Virus record (IMG/VR): IMGVR_UViG_3300037133_000055
Coordinates: 1-61,934 of that record
Source of the DNA: a virus
Lineage: Duplodnaviria; Caudoviricetes
Direction: 5' to 3' (one strand)
Length of the DNA stretch: 61,934 nucleotides
Shown here piece after piece: positions 37,821 to 48,190 of the stretch. The notes under the pieces are model-generated. The model did no database searches. It saw nothing but the letters and a program-made list of their open reading frames with translations, and was not told the origin of the DNA. Position numbers and translations under genes: made by a program. Position 1 is the stretch's first letter, and every line of letters begins with the position of its first letter.

Positions 37821-40800
37821 ATGATTACTTATTCACAGATGATAATGGCTATAAGCGATATCACTACTAACTTCTGTAGCATAACTCTGTCTGATACTTC
37901 CAGCATTAACGTTAGTAGTGTTAATGAACCTTCTGGAAACGCAGGCACATACTCTATTGTTGGTACGACATTTGCTTCGTTCTTAGCATATGCCATGCAT
38001 TATGAGCAGGCTATGGTTGGACAGATCGTTGAAGTTACATATGATGACGACGGATATATCTGCACGATTAATATAATGCCAGATAGCATAGGCGCATTGG
38101 CTCTTATTGATGTGAAGAACAATATCCCCAAGTTCCAGTTCGATCCCTCAGATCAGTCACCAGCCGCTGCTTCTAATGAATCATCGGCAGGGCCATCAGA
38201 TGATCGTAATCAGGTAATTGGAGAGAATAGAAATTCAGATGGATCTTTGATTGCGGATATGCTGCGTCTTGGCGACGTGCAGTTTAAGATCGCTCCTTCA
38301 CAGATCACTGTTACCGATCGTTATTCTGGAGATAAGATCCCAATCATTGCAGGCAAGTCGTCTATGTTTTCAAGTACCGGCCATAGCGAGACTCAGGTAG
38401 AGATGACTATCTACTTCAATACGTTAGATCAGATCAATGGAGTAGATGCTGTATGCACACTACCTAATGGTAGTAATATTACATATAGTGTTAATGGAAT
38501 CAGGGCACTATTGGCAGAATTCAAGCGCTGTCCATTTCTTCCTGTCGAGAATGATTACCTTAATAATGTATGCGATATCTATGCAGTGGCGTTATCTGAC
38601 CTCAGCCTCAGCACTGTAGAAAATTTCCCAGGGCTGATGTGTATAGATCTGACATGCTATGTGTTCGATCATCTAGCCTATCTACCTAGCTTATACAACA
38701 CAACGTTCAGCACTGCCTTTAACTGGCCGATGTTCAGATGGTACTATCAACAAGCACTCGTGCAGGATCCAAGCCATCCTGATCATACTTACCTACAGCC
38801 GATGACTGGGCTCGCTTCAGACTTCACGTTTAGTGTAATCAACCAGCAGTACCTGGCAGAAAAGAAAGCAGCTACGGATTATGTGAATTCCCATAAGGCA
38901 CCAACTACTTATACTTTTCAAAACCTGAATGCTAGTTTACAACAGCAGGGTTTACCAGAGCTGAACTATGACGAGAGATCCCTACAGGATTACTTTGCTT
39001 ATAGTGATGCAGTCAATCAGTTTGAGAATGACATACTACCACAGTTGCGGATCTATCAACTGACAGGCAAAGAGAGCGACAATCCTGCCAACAAGTTCTA
39101 TTCGTATTGGTCATCTGATAATGGCGGATGTTTGGAAATCAGTATCAGTGGCGCTGCAAATGTAGATGCTATCTGTGCTCCTCAATATAATTCGCATGTC
39201 ATTCTTGGACTTACTCCCGGTATGGGAATCAATATTGGCTACGCAAAGATCTGGTTCAAGCCACCAGAGCTTAGTGGCTCCACAAGTGCTGATGTTGCTA
39301 TCGGAGATATAATTAGAAGAAATGCTTTTACTGACACCGTTACTCATCAATATAGTTCAGCCATAGCAGCTGCATGGGATAGCAACTATACAACGTACTA
39401 TGCAATGTTTGCACAGTCTGAATTAGAGCCACAGGAAACTGGCAACTTTGATGACTATCCTATGGATGGTGTCATCTGTACTTTCATGAGTGCCACGTTC
39501 AATAACATACTGGTACCTATACAAACTCAGATGTGTCCTACACCTACCTATCAACATCTTGGTTCGCAGGATATTTTAATCACGATGAAATTAGAAACTG
39601 TCGACGCCACATCTGCTCAGACTTTGCTCGGTATGTTTCAAAGAGCATCCATGCTGGTGCGCGAGTATAAGCTATATCTAGATACAGGATTTATTAAGTT
39701 GACCAATGGATTGGTGCAGCTCTTTGGGGTTAACTACGTAGTACCTATACAGGTAACGCCAGCAACAACAACTGAACCTGGACACTATGCCATCGAGTTA
39801 ATATTAATGAACTATGATCGTTATCAACGTGAACTCGCTACAGCTAACGAGATAGCTACAGATAAGGTTATTGACTATTCTGACCCTAACCACGCACAAC
39901 TAGAGATTCTAAATGGACAGAAAGTTGTTCAAAGCCTTCAATATTGCGAGATGCGTCCAGACTTAGAACTACCTAACAAAATAGAGTTAGCCCTAGCAGG
40001 TTTCCATGTGGATGTATCTGGCTACTTTGCAGATCCTGATTTTTATATTGATGTTAGAAGCACATCTATCTCTGAGATTATAGACGATGTATTTCAAAAC
40101 GAGCTAGTAGCAACTACTACCGATCCATATGGTGGTGTGATGAAGGTCGCCTCCCCCATTGTTACTAATGGAGTAGCAGGGCCGATGGGCAATCCTACAT
40201 ATAACAACGTAGCCACCGGCATGAACAGTGATGGGCAGGCTGCAGTAAGTAGCAATGCGGCAGCATATGTAACTTACTATGGAGAGAACCCAGATGGTTC
40301 TACTGTATCCCCAGACAATGGTGCAGGCGCAGCGGTACAAGCATTGACGCCGTCAATTCCAAGCACAGGTGTTGATGATACAGGTAATCCGACAACAGCC
40401 GGATTTAATGTCATGTTTAAGACGATGGCTGATAAGTATAATATTCCCATTGGAATGCTTCAGGCTATTGCTGCACATGAGAGCGGTACGCAACAGTTCT
40501 GGCCAGGTACTTCCACTCCAATATGTACATTAGGCAACGGAAGCCATCTAAAAACAGCTGACATTAATGATGCTAGTATAGCAACTTGTACTGGTGTCGG
40601 TATCATGCAGAACAATTGTACCCAGCAGAGTCCGTCCATAGTCCACAAAATTGCCTACGATACCCAGTATAATATCGAACTTGGAGCATTATGTCTTGTC
40701 CAGCACTATCAGATGGTAGTAAAGGCTGGAGCCACAATTCCGTCAGCCTTTGATCAGAACCTTGGCATGTGGATTGCAGCTTATTATTCTTATGAGGGTT

Positions 40801-43800
40801 ATCCAGCTGACTACTGGAACAGCAGCAACACTACAGATTCAGCGAAGTTAGGCATTCTTTATAGTTTATACGATCCTAATACGAAGTCCGGGTTCAAAGG
40901 ATTTGGTTATTACTGTAATGGTGCAGCGGCAGGAGTTCCTTCTCTTGGTACTGGTACGGCGGACCCCACAAGTTCTTCAGGGGCTGTCGCAGAAGATGAC
41001 GTGTCAACCTATTATACAGCAGTAAACGCAGATGCTGGAGCACCTATACCTGCTGACAATGGAGATCTATTCTATCGTTCTACGGAAGATATGCGCGTCA
41101 CAGACTGTCGCGGTAGAATGGTCCGCGCCTTCCCATCATTCTTACTTGTGCTTGTTGACGAGGGCGCCTATATCAATGCCTACAAACTCCACGATAATTT
41201 CTATTCTTATTTTGCTATTAGTGAGATGCACGTCAACAAGAGTAGGAAGATTGCCGGAGACACGGCCACGCTCACTTTTATTAATGTGTTCCAGACATTG
41301 GATACTAGTCCATACGATGCATTCGAATACGCAGTGGATGATTGGACTGCAATCATTGATGATATCAGTAGTCTGTTTGTGGCGCCTCTAGCACAGCTAG
41401 AAGAAGAACGCAACCAAACATTTGATCGGTTATGTCTGTGTGCTGGTGCTAGGGTACATTTGAGGATTGGTTATGGGTCCGATGCTACCCAGTTCCCCAT
41501 TCAGATGAACGGTTGCATCACTGAGATTGGCAGCGGTGAGAACATCGATGTGATTATCCAAGGTGACGGGATAGAATTGACGAGCAAGATTCCATGGCCA
41601 CCCGGTACTACAACCAACCGAGGAGGATACCTTGGTTCATTGCTGGCTACAGGAGATACGCCTCGCCATCTACTCTACACGCTACTCACTTTGCGTGGTT
41701 CCTGGTGGAACTCTTTGCTCCACCGCATTGATGCCAAAATATATTCATTCTTTAGCTCTCAGTCACCAATGGGAATAGCTCACTTCGGAGATCTCGGAGA
41801 GGACATGTTGTTCTTTACGAACACGGCAGCAGAAGCCAATTCTGAGATCATGCAGAACATCTATCCTGGAAATAATCTGGCTACTATAAGTACGACACCA
41901 TCGTCATCATCGCAGACTCCAGCTGTTGGATTTACGATGGGCGTCCCAGTATTTGATAAGGTATCTGCTACCTGGAATTTGTCTGCCACTATTGTTGGCA
42001 ATGCAAATATTCCATTTAAGACATTTGGATTCTTGTATGGCGACTCAATACCAGATATGACAAGCCAAGTGTTCAACCTTGCTAGCACTGGTCTGACATC
42101 TAATGGTGTCACAATAACAGGATCGTTTAATGGATCCATAAATGATGTATATTATTTCTCTGCTTATATAACAGATTCTACTGATACTGCTATTGTATCT
42201 AACATAATATCGTCCCTGTCTTCTGCGAATACTGTACCAGTAGCACCTACGTCTATTATAGTAGGAGCAAAAGGAGAAGTTCCTGATACATCAGGACAGT
42301 CGAACACTACAGTTACTCCTGGCACATCCGAACAGAGTTTTGAGACAACTATCTTTGATAAGTCAGTATGGGATGTGGCACAGATCATGGCAGCCAGTGT
42401 CCCAGATTTTATCACAGCAGTGCATCCATTTGGTTTCAGGTCCACTCTGTTCTATGGCAAGCCATACTACGATCTTATCTATGATTACGATACCATAGAC
42501 GTTACCAATAACACTGGTAATGTACTAACTAAAGCACAGATTAACTCAATCAGTGATCCTGCGGCAGATGCTAACACATATAGCAGTGGTCCTACAGTTG
42601 ATAGAATAGGCCAGACAGTTGCTCAAATCAAGTCAGATAACGCAGTAGAAGAAGGAACTGCTACTACTGATGCTCCAGCCAAGACCATGATCAAGTTTAA
42701 TCCCAAAGCAAAACCATATCGTCAGTATCATATCTTCAGCTCTGACTATGATCTGCTGAATAGTAATAACCTGATCGCTTCAGATAAGAACATGCATACC
42801 TGTGTAATTGGCATGTATACAGACAATAGTAATAATCCTCAGACAACGTCACCTGTCTATCTGGATATAAATATCTATCCAGAGAAGATGAAGACAGATA
42901 TTGTCGACACTTCTCTTGCTTCAGGTGCTACTTTGTTCAAAGGCTGGCCAATATTAGGATGGGTAGTTAATAGTGTTAACTGGATCGAAAAGATTACAGG
43001 AGGAGCAGGTACTACAGTTGCCAATACTATTGCAACCTCAGCCTTAAAGCTAGATGTACAGGAGATGTATCAGGGCAGTTTCGATATCGTTGGAGATCCT
43101 AGCGTCAAGCCATATGATTCTTTCTATCTTATGGATACATATAATAATATGTCTGGCATGGCAGATGTCCGCGCTGTCACTCATCACCTGACTTTGACTA
43201 CAGGGTTCGTGTCAACGATAGAACCAGATGTGTCGATCGTAATGGCTGATCCATATATGTCGCAGTCATGGGGACTGTTTGGTAACGTAGCTTGTGCAGT
43301 GTTCATGAAGTTAGCTATGACAAGTATAGGTAGGTTTTTCAAGTACAATGGAGCAACTCCTGCTCTTGCTGCTATACTTAACGCTGCTCGTTACGGCAAA
43401 TCCAACCTACTGAAAGCAATTACATCAATAGGTAAGACAGCAGGAGCAGACGAGATAGATATCGCAATGGTTACCAAGACTGCCAACGACATTTCTGATA
43501 TTGCTGGCAAAGGTAATGTACTTGGCAGTCTCAGTACGTTTCTACCCAAGCTTAGTAATGTTATTCGTGGAGTAGGTGCCTCAGGAGTAGCGGCAACAGA
43601 GGGAGACGCAGCAATAGGAGAGATAGTAGTAGGAGGACCAATTGGGCTTGCCCTGGTTGCTATCGAGTTCATCGGACTTACTATACTGTCGGCGTCTGTA
43701 GGAACATTACTGACTCGCTGGCTTGCAAACCGAATGGCCTTGAAGATATGTCTTTTAAAGAAGAACGGCCATGAGTTTGCTGCAGGCATTGATGGACACC

Positions 43801-44690
43801 GCGGGTGCGTGGTTGGAGACGCAGGAGACGCACTCACTACAATGTTGCAAACATCTTGGGGACAGGACCTTGCTCAGCTATTTGGAGTTAGTACTATTGG
43901 AAGTATGCCAGCCTATAATGCCCTAGATGGAGTAACACCCTTAGACCCAAGTGAGATGCTCAGCGACATTAATGATGCCATGGTAGACATATCATCTACC
44001 ACTGGTAACGGAAGTGGTTACCAAACCCCTGCTCCTCAGGGGAGTGATAGTGGGGCACGAGCTCATGTCAATCTTACTTATTTTAAGAGTCAGAATGACA
44101 CATCTCTGGCAACGCTTCAACAGGTTTTGGCTACCGATGGCGCCATAGGCCCTACCTGGATTAAGATGGATAAGTGGCAGAGCGCTTCAAGTATAAATCT
44201 AAATCTTTGCGACCAAACATTAGCAAACCCCTGGATCAGGAAAGCTACCTGGGATGTTCTCCAGAATGTAGGTAGAGAGTTTACAACGCAGATTGGTGCC
44301 ACTCAGCCTAGCTGGTATTCGGTGTTAACACTCTCGTCTGCATGGAGAGGTCACGGTGACACTTCCCATGAGACTGGCTATGCTGTAGATCTTCCACTGC
44401 CAATTGCTTGGCAGGTACCTCAAGATGGCGGTCTATGGTATGGAAAAACTTATCCAAAACCTACAACGTCTTTATCTAAATCCGCTAATGATCAGGCTAG
44501 GCAATGGGTTGATACCCTAGTAAGTATCTTAATCAATAATGGAGCCTTAGAGATATTAGTTGGATATACTGATGTGCTTGGTAACATGACTCAAACGTAT
44601 CCAACCGCTGATATTCATATTCTCTTGCCAGCGCATCTTACACATGTACATTGCATGCTAGGCTTGCCATCAAACATACCAACCAGCTAG
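37821..44690 (+). CDS. Baseplate hub-type protein with lytic transglycosylase and C-terminal M15-like peptidase domains
   Basis: SLT-like AIAAHES..GIMQ..NIELG; hub-like VHLRIGYG and IVGDPSVKPYD..V.HH..GF.STI; M15-like SAWR..SHETGYAVD..HVH. Confidence 0.75.
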   Translation: MITYSQMIMAISDITTNFCSITLSDTSSINVSSVNEPSGNAGTYSIVGTTFASFLAYAMHYEQAMVGQIVEVTYDDDGYICTINIMPDSIGALALIDVKNNIPKFQFDPSDQSPAAASNESSAGPSDDRNQVIGENRNSDGSLIADMLRLGDVQFKIAPSQITVTDRYSGDKIPIIAGKSSMFSSTGHSETQVEMTIYFNTLDQINGVDAVCTLPNGSNITYSVNGIRALLAEFKRCPFLPVENDYLNNVCDIYAVALSDLSLSTVENFPGLMCIDLTCYVFDHLAYLPSLYNTTFSTAFNWPMFRWYYQQALVQDPSHPDHTYLQPMTGLASDFTFSVINQQYLAEKKAATDYVNSHKAPTTYTFQNLNASLQQQGLPELNYDERSLQDYFAYSDAVNQFENDILPQLRIYQLTGKESDNPANKFYSYWSSDNGGCLEISISGAANVDAICAPQYNSHVILGLTPGMGINIGYAKIWFKPPELSGSTSADVAIGDIIRRNAFTDTVTHQYSSAIAAAWDSNYTTYYAMFAQSELEPQETGNFDDYPMDGVICTFMSATFNNILVPIQTQMCPTPTYQHLGSQDILITMKLETVDATSAQTLLGMFQRASMLVREYKLYLDTGFIKLTNGLVQLFGVNYVVPIQVTPATTTEPGHYAIELILMNYDRYQRELATANEIATDKVIDYSDPNHAQLEILNGQKVVQSLQYCEMRPDLELPNKIELALAGFHVDVSGYFADPDFYIDVRSTSISEIIDDVFQNELVATTTDPYGGVMKVASPIVTNGVAGPMGNPTYNNVATGMNSDGQAAVSSNAAAYVTYYGENPDGSTVSPDNGAGAAVQALTPSIPSTGVDDTGNPTTAGFNVMFKTMADKYNIPIGMLQAIAAHESGTQQFWPGTSTPICTLGNGSHLKTADINDASIATCTGVGIMQNNCTQQSPSIVHKIAYDTQYNIELGALCLVQHYQMVVKAGATIPSAFDQNLGMWIAAYYSYEGYPADYWNSSNTTDSAKLGILYSLYDPNTKSGFKGFGYYCNGAAAGVPSLGTGTADPTSSSGAVAEDDVSTYYTAVNADAGAPIPADNGDLFYRSTEDMRVTDCRGRMVRAFPSFLLVLVDEGAYINAYKLHDNFYSYFAISEMHVNKSRKIAGDTATLTFINVFQTLDTSPYDAFEYAVDDWTAIIDDISSLFVAPLAQLEEERNQTFDRLCLCAGARVHLRIGYGSDATQFPIQMNGCITEIGSGENIDVIIQGDGIELTSKIPWPPGTTTNRGGYLGSLLATGDTPRHLLYTLLTLRGSWWNSLLHRIDAKIYSFFSSQSPMGIAHFGDLGEDMLFFTNTAAEANSEIMQNIYPGNNLATISTTPSSSSQTPAVGFTMGVPVFDKVSATWNLSATIVGNANIPFKTFGFLYGDSIPDMTSQVFNLASTGLTSNGVTITGSFNGSINDVYYFSAYITDSTDTAIVSNIISSLSSANTVPVAPTSIIVGAKGEVPDTSGQSNTTVTPGTSEQSFETTIFDKSVWDVAQIMAASVPDFITAVHPFGFRSTLFYGKPYYDLIYDYDTIDVTNNTGNVLTKAQINSISDPAADANTYSSGPTVDRIGQTVAQIKSDNAVEEGTATTDAPAKTMIKFNPKAKPYRQYHIFSSDYDLLNSNNLIASDKNMHTCVIGMYTDNSNNPQTTSPVYLDINIYPEKMKTDIVDTSLASGATLFKGWPILGWVVNSVNWIEKITGGAGTTVANTIATSALKLDVQEMYQGSFDIVGDPSVKPYDSFYLMDTYNNMSGMADVRAVTHHLTLTTGFVSTIEPDVSIVMADPYMSQSWGLFGNVACAVFMKLAMTSIGRFFKYNGATPALAAILNAARYGKSNLLKAITSIGKTAGADEIDIAMVTKTANDISDIAGKGNVLGSLSTFLPKLSNVIRGVGASGVAATEGDAAIGEIVVGGPIGLALVAIEFIGLTILSASVGTLLTRWLANRMALKICLLKKNGHEFAAGIDGHRGCVVGDAGDALTTMLQTSWGQDLAQLFGVSTIGSMPAYNALDGVTPLDPSEMLSDINDAMVDISSTTGNGSGYQTPAPQGSDSGARAHVNLTYFKSQNDTSLATLQQVLATDGAIGPTWIKMDKWQSASSINLNLCDQTLANPWIRKATWDVLQNVGREFTTQIGATQPSWYSVLTLSSAWRGHGDTSHETGYAVDLPLPIAWQVPQDGGLWYGKTYPKPTTSLSKSANDQARQWVDTLVSILINNGALEILVGYTDVLGNMTQTYPTADIHILLPAHLTHVHCMLGLPSNIPTS

Positions 44691-44699
44691 GAGATAACC

Positions 44700-45071
44700 A
44701 TGGGGATATTACAGCAAAGCCCAGTGGCGCAAGCAATCGCAGAAAAGATAGTCAATCCTGCGTTGGCGTCCCGGGCTCAAGGCACTTCAGGAGAAATAGT
44801 TAATTACTATGCTGCCTCTAATACTGCTGATGTAGAAATCTACGTCAAAGGTAAACGTATGCGTCAGTATGGATTGACCATGCCTCATAATGCTGGGACC
44901 ATCGGATGTGATCCCGTTCAAGGCGATCAGGTATGGATTGAGCACCTTGGAGATAATCAGCGCAAACCATTTGTAATTATGAAGTTTGATTCCAATTACC
45001 AATATGCTACAGGTCAAGGCCAGCAGACAACTCAGCAGGCCTTAACCCCCAGCAACTGGGGGCAGTCTTAG
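44700..45071 (+). CDS. Probable baseplate spike N-terminal (OB-fold) protein
   Basis: GEIVNY..TADV..PVQGDQVWI..PFVI; follows the hub. Confidence 0.55.
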   Translation: MGILQQSPVAQAIAEKIVNPALASRAQGTSGEIVNYYAASNTADVEIYVKGKRMRQYGLTMPHNAGTIGCDPVQGDQVWIEHLGDNQRKPFVIMKFDSNYQYATGQGQQTTQQALTPSNWGQS

Positions 45072-45077
45072 ATGTCA

Positions 45078-45734
45078 TCACATAAGGTATCCATTATACA
45101 CAATGTATGTTCTGGTGTAGTCAATAAACCATTCATCTTGATCGTAGCACAAAATATTTCCAGATGTGTCACGAAGCAATACAGCATATGAAGATGCATT
45201 GCCTACCGCTCCTCTATCATTTCTAAATGCAAAAGAGATAGTCGATCCATCATGCACTGGAATCGCACGTACACCAGAATTAAATCCACTAATATACTCG
45301 GGCGTACCGCTTTGCAGTGTTTGAAAATTAGCTCCACCTTCTTGATCGCCATTCCCATAATCTTTTGGGGAAGAAAGCTCAGATACTCCGTCCACGCTCG
45401 CAGAGAGATTACTTTCTTCTACGGCATTAGGAGCATTATACAAAATATCTATAGTATATTTTACGTTAGTATTTGCGACTATAGTTTGCGGAGTCGACGG
45501 AGTCATCGCAACTTCCTGCAAAGATTCGCCATCCATACCTTGACCGTTTGGAAGGTATTGAACTGAATATCTAGGATTTATAGAAGGCCAAGGACTACTG
45601 GCTTGAGTTTGTGGAACATTCACAACTAGCGTGTGGTTATCTGTACTAGCCTGGGAGGAACACCCTGCCATTACAATTGATAATATTAACACTGTTGCAC
45701 AACTTGCAATCGATATCCATAATTTTACTTTCAT
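45078..45734 (-). CDS. Lipoprotein (moron)
   Basis: Basic N-terminus, hydrophobic core, lipobox-like MAGC; antisense to the operon; own promoter. Confidence 0.8.
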   Translation of the reverse strand: MKVKLWISIASCATVLILSIVMAGCSSQASTDNHTLVVNVPQTQASSPWPSINPRYSVQYLPNGQGMDGESLQEVAMTPSTPQTIVANTNVKYTIDILYNAPNAVEESNLSASVDGVSELSSPKDYGNGDQEGGANFQTLQSGTPEYISGFNSGVRAIPVHDGSTISFAFRNDRGAVGNASSYAVLLRDTSGNILCYDQDEWFIDYTRTYIVYNGYLM

Positions 45735-45759
45735 CCTATCTACCCCCTTTGTTTCCCCA

Positions 45760-45787
45760 AGTTTAACATCGAGAGATTATTTGTCAA
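45760..45787 (-). promoter_or_regulatory. sigmaA/sigma70-type promoter for the lipoprotein gene
   Basis: TTGACA-16 nt-TAAACT with extended -10 TG. Confidence 0.75.
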
Positions 45788-45830
45788 TAGCACCGTCTGT
45801 AGATAACAACATTCTAAAGGAGTGTTTTCT

Positions 45831-46679
45831 CTGTTAGAAGAATCGTACTCTGGAGTTATGGAAGTCCACATGAGTCAAGAAGAGATGGCTCTATTCTATG
45901 AGACTAATACGATCCCCAGTATTGAACCACTCAACAATCAATACGTGTTGCTCTATCTCGATGAAAAATTATATGATGAGTATAAGTTTATTGATGGAAG
46001 TTATGTCGAGTTGGAGATCAGTTTATTAGATTCTCCTAATCTTGGTCGGCTCAGACCGAAGGACGTTCATCAAAGATGTCTTGTAGATGCTCTATTAAAT
46101 GATCAGAGTGGCAATAATAATATCACTCTTATCAAGGGACATGCAGGAACTGGTAAGTCTTTGTTCTCTCTGCACTATTGCTTCCATGCGCTTGATAGAA
46201 ATATTGTAGACAAGATCGTTATTATAACCAACCCCATGCCTACGAAGGGATCGTGGAGGATAGGTTCGCTACCAGGGACCATGGATGAGAAGCTGATGCC
46301 TACTTCAATAGGAAATATGCTGGCATCCAAGCTGGGAGATAAGGGGCACATAGCGGATCTGATTAACAAGAGACAGTTAGAAATACTTCCCTCTTCTGAG
46401 ATCAGAGGATATGAAACTGGCAAGGTATGCCTATATCTAACAGAGGCTCAGAACTATGATATCTACCTGATGAAGTTGATACTTCAGAGAGTCGGAGACA
46501 GAACTAAAGTTATTATCGAGGGTGACTCCGACACTCAGACAGACTCTAGGGACTTTGAAGGAAGAAACAATGGAATGCGCAGAATCAGTGAAGTGTTCAG
46601 GGGCGAGAAGTTCTACAGCGAAGTAGAACTAAAAACTATTTACCGATCACCTATCGCAATGGTTGCCGATCAAATGTAA
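45831..46679 (+). CDS. phoH: PhoH-like ATPase; probable CTG start
   Basis: GHAGTGKS, LPG..EK, IRG, TEAQN, ILQRVG..KVII.GD..Q; the track GTG overlaps the SD, and CTG lies 8 nt after it. Confidence 0.85.
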   Translation: MLEESYSGVMEVHMSQEEMALFYETNTIPSIEPLNNQYVLLYLDEKLYDEYKFIDGSYVELEISLLDSPNLGRLRPKDVHQRCLVDALLNDQSGNNNITLIKGHAGTGKSLFSLHYCFHALDRNIVDKIVIITNPMPTKGSWRIGSLPGTMDEKLMPTSIGNMLASKLGDKGHIADLINKRQLEILPSSEIRGYETGKVCLYLTEAQNYDIYLMKLILQRVGDRTKVIIEGDSDTQTDSRDFEGRNNGMRRISEVFRGEKFYSEVELKTIYRSPIAMVADQM

Positions 46680-46693
46680 ATGGGGGTTTTGCA

Positions 46694-47323
46694 ATGGCAC
46701 TTGGCATGGTCGATCTTAACGCCGCTATCCAACAGCAGATGCAAGGCACAGCTACTAGGGTGGGCACCGTTCACAAGAACGGTGCCAGCACAACTATTGA
46801 AGATGATGGCAGTATTGAAGGCCGAACTTCTAGCGGGATGGGCTTTCGTATCGATGCTACTACTGGTGTTGTCTCATTGGTTGGATCAGACATCCAACAA
46901 TGGTGTACCACACTAGAGATTCAAGGATCTCAGGGATCCTCAATTGTTTTAAACGACAACCAAATCCAGCTTACTGATGTTCATGGTTCAAGCTTGACGC
47001 TAGATGTAGACCATATCATAGGACTATTTAACGGTGCCAAAGTTGAAGTCATGAATGATGGTTTGACTATTAACGTGACCAACAGCAGTGGAGACGGTAT
47101 TGCAATTAGTGCTGACAGCCTGACAGCTTCTATGAATGGTTCCAAGTTTGAGCTCATGGCTGATGGGTCAACGCTCACAGCCTGCAATGGTGCTGGTATG
47201 GGTCTCTTTGTCACAGGAGAGACGACTACTGTAGTAGGTCCGAGTGGTTGTCAGGAAATACTATCTTACAACTCTGTCGATGGCAGAGTCATAACTATGG
47301 ACTGCGATAAATTTGCATCCTAA
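46694..47323 (+). CDS. Probable spike beta-helix protein
   Basis: Repeating GS.I.L..I.L.D beta-strand pattern typical of gp5/gpV C-termini. Confidence 0.55.
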   Translation: MALGMVDLNAAIQQQMQGTATRVGTVHKNGASTTIEDDGSIEGRTSSGMGFRIDATTGVVSLVGSDIQQWCTTLEIQGSQGSSIVLNDNQIQLTDVHGSSLTLDVDHIIGLFNGAKVEVMNDGLTINVTNSSGDGIAISADSLTASMNGSKFELMADGSTLTACNGAGMGLFVTGETTTVVGPSGCQEILSYNSVDGRVITMDCDKFAS

Positions 47324-47337
47324 GGGAGTGTCTATCA

Positions 47338-48171
47338 ATGGCTTTCCAAGGTATTCTTAATGTGGCTATCGACAATCTTCTTAACTATATGTTTGGAGAG
47401 ACAACGTTTGTTCTTCCAACAACGTTTTATATTGCTCTGTCCACGTCTACACCTACGGCAACTGGCGGTAATATTATAGAGCCTGCAGGTAATGGATACT
47501 CCAGAGTAGCATTTGTCAACAACACCACTAATTTTCCTGCTACTTCTACTGAAGTCTCTAAGAATAATACCCTTATCAGCTTCCCGCAGGCAAGTGGCGC
47601 ATGGGGTACTGTAACCAATGTCTGTATCTTCGATGCCCCAACCGGTGGCACGTGTTGGGCAGTTGCTCCACTCACTGCACCAGAGGCCATCACCACAAAC
47701 ATGACCTTGCAGTTACCGATCGGTAACCTGCAGATATCTATGACTCAGGGCACTGGTCCTCAGGGATTTACTAACTACGCAATCAATGCTCTACTTAGCT
47801 ATCTATTTGGACTGACAGCAATCTCACTGCCTGCAAACTGGTACATTGCTCTGTCTACTACAGTTCCAACTGCATCTGGTGGTAACTTTACTGAACCAGT
47901 AGGCAATAGCTATGCTCGTGCCACGGTATTAAATAGCTCAGCATCGTTCCTTCCTGCTACGGCAGATACCGAAGAGAATACTGGAATGGTTTCCTTCAAT
48001 TCAGCTACCGGAACATGGGGTAATGTAGTTTACATTGGCATCTGTGATGAATTAACCGGTGGTAACATCTGGGTGATCGTTCCACTAGCATCTCCAGTTT
48101 CGATCACTCTTGATATGACATTTGAATTGCCGGCTACTAATATGCAGGTCTCTATCACTCAGGGTTCCTGA
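47338..48171 (+). CDS. Tail/fibre-associated structural protein, two tandem domains
   Basis: Internal duplication of YIALST..PTA.GGN..EP.GN.Y.R...WG.V....D..TGG. Confidence 0.7.
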   Translation: MAFQGILNVAIDNLLNYMFGETTFVLPTTFYIALSTSTPTATGGNIIEPAGNGYSRVAFVNNTTNFPATSTEVSKNNTLISFPQASGAWGTVTNVCIFDAPTGGTCWAVAPLTAPEAITTNMTLQLPIGNLQISMTQGTGPQGFTNYAINALLSYLFGLTAISLPANWYIALSTTVPTASGGNFTEPVGNSYARATVLNSSASFLPATADTEENTGMVSFNSATGTWGNVVYIGICDELTGGNIWVIVPLASPVSITLDMTFELPATNMQVSITQGS

Positions 48172-48190
48172 CAAGTAGGAGGAAACAATC

